Assembly (NCBI GenBank): GCA_029856045.1
Contig: JAHQWG010000046.1
Span: 32,001 to 96,000 of the forward strand
Reading direction: 5' to 3'
Length of the DNA stretch: 64,000 bases
Source: Promethearchaeia archaeon
GTDB lineage: Archaea; Asgardarchaeota; Lokiarchaeia; Sigyniarchaeales; SOKP01
Below are positions 60,178 to 64,000 of the stretch, piece after piece. Within the stretch, counting starts at the first letter, position 1; every line of letters begins with the position of its first letter. Made by a program: the position numbers and the translations under genes. Under the pieces are notes generated by a model. The model was not told the DNA's origin. It saw nothing but the letters and a program-made list of their open reading frames with translations, and did no database searches.

Positions 60178-61503
60178 TTATACCTTATAGGATTCTAAAT
60201 CTTCTTCTTTATACCATTGATATTTTGGAGAATTTTTATATTCAGGATCGAAAAGATGGCAAGCAATGAAATATTTATTTTCTATTTCGAAAAATCTTGG
60301 TCTAATTTTATCACAAACTTCCAACCGATAATCACATCTAGGATGAAACCTACACCCCATAGGTGGATAAATTAAGTTTGGAACCATTCCTCGAATAACT
60401 AGTAATTCTTGATTTCTTTTGTCAATGCTTGGAATGGCCCCTATCAATCCTTTAGTATATGGATGGAGTGGATTCTTAAATAATTTTTCAGCTGTTCCGT
60501 ATTCTACAATGTTTCCGCTATACATAACGGCGACTCTATCACACATTTCCGCAATAATTCCTAAATCATGTGTAATCATGAGAATTGATGTATTGAATTT
60601 CTTTTCTAGATTTTTCATTAAGTCAAGAATCTGGGCTTGAATAGTAACATCTAAAGCAGTTGTTGGTTCATCTGCAATTAATAGTAGAGGGAGACATGAA
60701 AGTGCCATTGCAATCATTATACGCTGTCTCATACCACCGCTTAACTCATGTGGATATCTATTTAGGATCCCCTTCGCATCTGCAATTCCCACCTCTTCAA
60801 TAATATTTTCTGCCTTTTCTAGTGCACAATCTTTCAATTCTATTTTCTTTGGTATTTTTTTTGCGAGTTTTTTAATTTTATCTTTAAAATCTATATTTTC
60901 TTCTTTTGTTAAATGATTTTTATTTTTATTAAATTCCTCTTTTAATCCTTTTAATTCTTGAACTAAATTTTCCCTTTCTATAAGGCGCTGATCTAACATT
61001 TTATTAAGATCCTCCTCTTGATGTAATAAAAATACTTCCGCTATTTGGTCACCAACCGTAATCACAGGATTAAGTGAATTTAGAGGATCTTGAAATATCA
61101 TAGTAATATCGTTACCCCGGTGCTCTCTCATTTCCTTTTCAGATAAATTTAATAAATCGACACCATTAAACTTTATTGTTCCTTCAATAATTTCTCCTGG
61201 AGATCTTACAAGACGTAAAATGGAAAGAGCTGTAACGGACTTTCCGCACCCAGTTTCACCGACAAGTCCAAGAGTTTCATCCTTAAACATCTTGAATGAG
61301 ACACCATCTACTGCTTTAACAATTCCTTCTTCGGTATAAAAGTATGTTTTTAGATTTTTAATTTCAAGTAGGTGTTCTGATTCTTCCTCTATAACTGAAT
61401 CTGCTGGATTCTTTTTATTATTTAGACCGAGCTTCTTATTTTTTTTCGTATGAATCATTTTCCTCTTTTTTTCCCTTTTTTCTTTTTTTTTTTTTTGCAC
61501 CAT
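60178..61503 (-). CDS. oppD: Oligopeptide/dipeptide ABC transporter ATPase (start uncertain)
   Basis: GETGCGKS, YPHELSGGMRQR, ADEPTTALDV, GCRFHPRC. Confidence 0.92.
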   Translation of the reverse strand: MVQKKKKEKREKKRKMIHTKKNKKLGLNNKKNPADSVIEEESEHLLEIKNLKTYFYTEEGIVKAVDGVSFKMFKDETLGLVGETGCGKSVTALSILRLVRSPGEIIEGTIKFNGVDLLNLSEKEMREHRGNDITMIFQDPLNSLNPVITVGDQIAEVFLLHQEEDLNKMLDQRLIERENLVQELKGLKEEFNKNKNHLTKEENIDFKDKIKKLAKKIPKKIELKDCALEKAENIIEEVGIADAKGILNRYPHELSGGMRQRIMIAMALSCLPLLLIADEPTTALDVTIQAQILDLMKNLEKKFNTSILMITHDLGIIAEMCDRVAVMYSGNIVEYGTAEKLFKNPLHPYTKGLIGAIPSIDKRNQELLVIRGMVPNLIYPPMGCRFHPRCDYRLEVCDKIRPRFFEIENKYFIACHLFDPEYKNSPKYQWYKEEDLESYKV

Positions 61504-62512
61504 AAATATTTCTTAATCTTGGATCCAGGGCATCTCTTAACCCATCGCCAAGCAACATAAAACCCAATACAGCTAATAAAATCATAAAACCAGGCCAGAA
61601 AGCTCCCCAAGGTGCTTCATATAAATGAAGTCTTGCATCAGCGATATCATTTCCCCATTCAATTAATTGAGGATCACTAAAACCTAAAAAGGCTAATCCT
61701 GCTAAACTTAATATAATTCCACCTATGTCAAATGTGAATGAAATTATGACTGGTTGGATACAATTCGGTAGTATATGTTTAAACATAATTCTCCAATTTC
61801 CTGCTCCGGTTACTTTTGCAGCTTGAACATAAGGTAAGTCTCGAGATTGTACTACTGAACTCCTAATTAATCTTGAATAATAAGGAACACCGATAATTCC
61901 ATATGCTAGCATTATATACTCCATATGCTGGCCCCACATTGCGATAAATACCATCGCAAGAATCAGACCTGGAAATGCAAGTAAGATATCCATAATTCTC
62001 ATGATTATTGAATCTGCCCATCCACCATAAAATCCAGCAATCACCCCAAAAATAACCCCAAATATTAAACTAAATAATATAGAAGGTAGAGCAATTGTTA
62101 AAGAAGCTCTAGCTCCATAAATTATTCTCCCTAAAATATCACGCCCTAAACGCCCTTGACCTAAAAGATGGGCTGGAGATGGTGGATCATAATTTCCTGG
62201 GGCAATACCGACTAATACATCAAAAGTATAGGGAGAAAACCATGGTGCAAACACGGCTATAGTAACAATAAAAAAGATAAGTAACATTCCAAAGATAGTT
62301 AATGTAGATTTCATTCTCCGAATGAATTTTCTTTTACTTATTTTCTTTTCATATTCAATCTGTCTGATTGATAATTCTTCTAATCTTGAAGCCGGTATGA
62401 GAAGGAATTTAACATTTTTCAAAATCCAAGAGAATATTTTTTTAATAATATTGTCTTTTCCTTTTGATTTTATTTCTTCTTCAATTTCTTGTTGCGTATT
62501 TTTTTTCTCCAT
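61436..62512 (-). CDS. oppC: Oligopeptide ABC transporter permease
   Basis: HLLG...GRDILGR, EAA-like loop YVQAAKVTGA, GDGLRDALDPR. Confidence 0.93.
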   Translation of the reverse strand: MEKKNTQQEIEEEIKSKGKDNIIKKIFSWILKNVKFLLIPASRLEELSIRQIEYEKKISKRKFIRRMKSTLTIFGMLLIFFIVTIAVFAPWFSPYTFDVLVGIAPGNYDPPSPAHLLGQGRLGRDILGRIIYGARASLTIALPSILFSLIFGVIFGVIAGFYGGWADSIIMRIMDILLAFPGLILAMVFIAMWGQHMEYIMLAYGIIGVPYYSRLIRSSVVQSRDLPYVQAAKVTGAGNWRIMFKHILPNCIQPVIISFTFDIGGIILSLAGLAFLGFSDPQLIEWGNDIADARLHLYEAPWGAFWPGFMILLAVLGFMLLGDGLRDALDPRLRNIYGAKKKKRKKGKKEENDSYEKK

Positions 62513-62559
62513 AATTATCCTTCCATCAATCTTTTTTTAATTTGTAAATTTTCACTTAT

Positions 62560-63576
62560 TCAATATCTTATTCTTGGATCAATAAATCCGTAGACAAGAT
62601 CGGTACATAAATTTACAATAACAAATGCTATTGTAATACAAAATACTACTGCGTTTAATATCCAGTAATCAAAATTAATTATAGCAACTATTATTAAGGC
62701 TCCAATGCCGTTTAAGTTAAAAGTTGATTCGGTGAGAATCGCTCCCCCTAATAAATATCCAAAATTTAATCCTATAACTGTTATTGTAGGGATCATAGCA
62801 TTTTTAAGAGCATGTGTATTTATTACATCTTTTTCTTCACATCCTTTTGCTCTTGCTGTTCTTACATAATCTTGTTCCAAAACTTCTAACATGCTTGATC
62901 GAGTTTGTCTTATAATTCCAGCAAGGGTTATAAATGATAAGCAAGCAACAGGTAAAACTAAATGATATAAATAGTCCCAAATCAAATAGATTTGACCAGA
63001 TAATATAGAATCAATTATTCTGAAATGAGTAATAATTGGAGGATCGCCAATACCCGGAGTTTTATAATTAAGACCTGGAAATATGGGTATTAAGTAACCA
63101 AGAATATATCGTAAGATCATTCCCATCCAAAATACAGGTACGGCTACTCCAACGAGGGCCGTTCCCCTCAATACAGTATCCTTAGGATTATTTCTATTGG
63201 TAGCTGATATTACACCCGTTTTAATTCCGATTACTGAGGATATAACAATCGATAATATTGTAATATCGAAGGTCCTTCCAAATCTATCTAAAACAAGATC
63301 CCAAACTGGTGCGCCTCTATTAACAGTCACAGAAACGCCCCAATTACCTATAAATAAATTACCTAAATAAACAAAAAATTGCTCTATCATTGGTCGATCG
63401 AGTCCGAGTAAGTGTTGTACTCTTAGATATTCTTCATTTGTCCAACGATCCCCTAAATAGGCTGCAACTGGGTCCCCTGGCATTAATCTAGAAAGAATAA
63501 AGGTTAGAGTTATAACTCCAAATAATACAGGTAATAGCGTTACAAATCTTCTTATAATATATTTAACCATACTCAT
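62560..63576 (-). CDS. oppB: Oligopeptide ABC transporter permease
   Basis: MPGDP, DYVRTARAKG, HALKNA, DPRIRY. Confidence 0.94.
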   Translation of the reverse strand: MSMVKYIIRRFVTLLPVLFGVITLTFILSRLMPGDPVAAYLGDRWTNEEYLRVQHLLGLDRPMIEQFFVYLGNLFIGNWGVSVTVNRGAPVWDLVLDRFGRTFDITILSIVISSVIGIKTGVISATNRNNPKDTVLRGTALVGVAVPVFWMGMILRYILGYLIPIFPGLNYKTPGIGDPPIITHFRIIDSILSGQIYLIWDYLYHLVLPVACLSFITLAGIIRQTRSSMLEVLEQDYVRTARAKGCEEKDVINTHALKNAMIPTITVIGLNFGYLLGGAILTESTFNLNGIGALIIVAIINFDYWILNAVVFCITIAFVIVNLCTDLVYGFIDPRIRY

Positions 63577-63612
63577 AAATTAGTAAATCACCTTTACTTT
63601 TTTCATTTCTTT

Positions 63613-63999
63613 TTATATATCCTCAATTTTTTTCAATTTTTCAATATATTTTTTATACTTCTCTTTTATAATCGAAGCCACAACGGCAGTAAGGAAATTA
63701 ATAGCCAATATCGACAAAATTGTTAAATAACTCTCAATTCGAATGAAATATTGACCAATAAAAGTTACATCAAGATCATTAAGAAACCAATACCAAATCC
63801 ATGACATAATGATTATGAAAGGAGTTAACCAAAGACTATTTCTTACTCCATATTCAAAGAAATCTTCTCTAATTACCATAAAAAATACAATAGCAATGAG
63901 AATTACTAATGAAATTACTGTGGTTGGATTGAATAAAATTTGATATAAAAATAATAATTCTTCCCCGATATTTTTAAGAAAGATATTACATATGAATCC
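63613..63999 (-). CDS. Membrane protein, 5'-truncated by the window edge
   Basis: The frame stays open from 63879 to the window end (GFICNIFLKNIGEELLFLYQILFNPTTVISLVILIAIVFFMVIRED...). Confidence 0.75.
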   Translation of the reverse strand, partial: GFICNIFLKNIGEELLFLYQILFNPTTVISLVILIAIVFFMVIREDFFEYGVRNSLWLTPFIIIMSWIWYWFLNDLDVTFIGQYFIRIESYLTILSILAINFLTAVVASIIKEKYKKYIEKLKKIEDI

Positions 64000-64000
64000 A

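Noticed and set aside
769-62540. Numerous 60-155 aa antisense or alternate-frame ORFs in the track (for example 29938-30402, 40313-40675, 51258-51719, 19835-20110)
   Set aside because: They overlap well-supported genes and have no motifs; treated as shadow ORFs.
1-64000. tRNA, rRNA, CRISPR arrays, transposases or integrases
   Set aside because: None recognised by eye. tRNAscan-SE and Infernal would be needed to exclude small RNAs.

Overview
AT-rich archaeal DNA that looks like Asgard archaea (Lokiarchaeia-type). This assignment is inferred from the Rab-like small GTPase, LRR/HEAT/TPR proteins, many acyl-CoA enzymes, U-tract terminators and selenoprotein recoding. Most of the window is an accessory catabolic region: three long-chain acyl-CoA synthetases, an ADP-forming acyl-CoA ligase subunit, two tandem GH3 beta-glucosidases, amidohydrolases, feoAB plus a DtxR-family regulator, and a glycyl radical enzyme. 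A ~25 kb acyl-CoA cluster holds two ACADs, four thiolase-fold proteins that all lack the nucleophilic Cys, four DUF35 proteins, SCP2, a crotonase, acetoacetate-CoA ligase, a GctAB-like CoA transferase, a Kce/BKACE enzyme, a FabK/NMO flavoenzyme and an ADH. The right part has hisS, pyrF, AMP phosphorylase, an M28 peptidase and oppBCDF. The strongest signal that the ORF track misses is a two-gene selenoprotein operon: hdrA (50977-52941, three in-frame UGA at conserved Cys positions) and mvhD/vhuD (52946-53362, two in-frame UGA), followed by one eukaryote-like AUGA/GA SECIS candidate. A second highlight is a DUF35-Ltp4-Ltp3-DUF35 retro-aldolase-like module. No rRNA, tRNA, CRISPR array or transposase was recognised. 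All family assignments come from motif recognition, not database searches.
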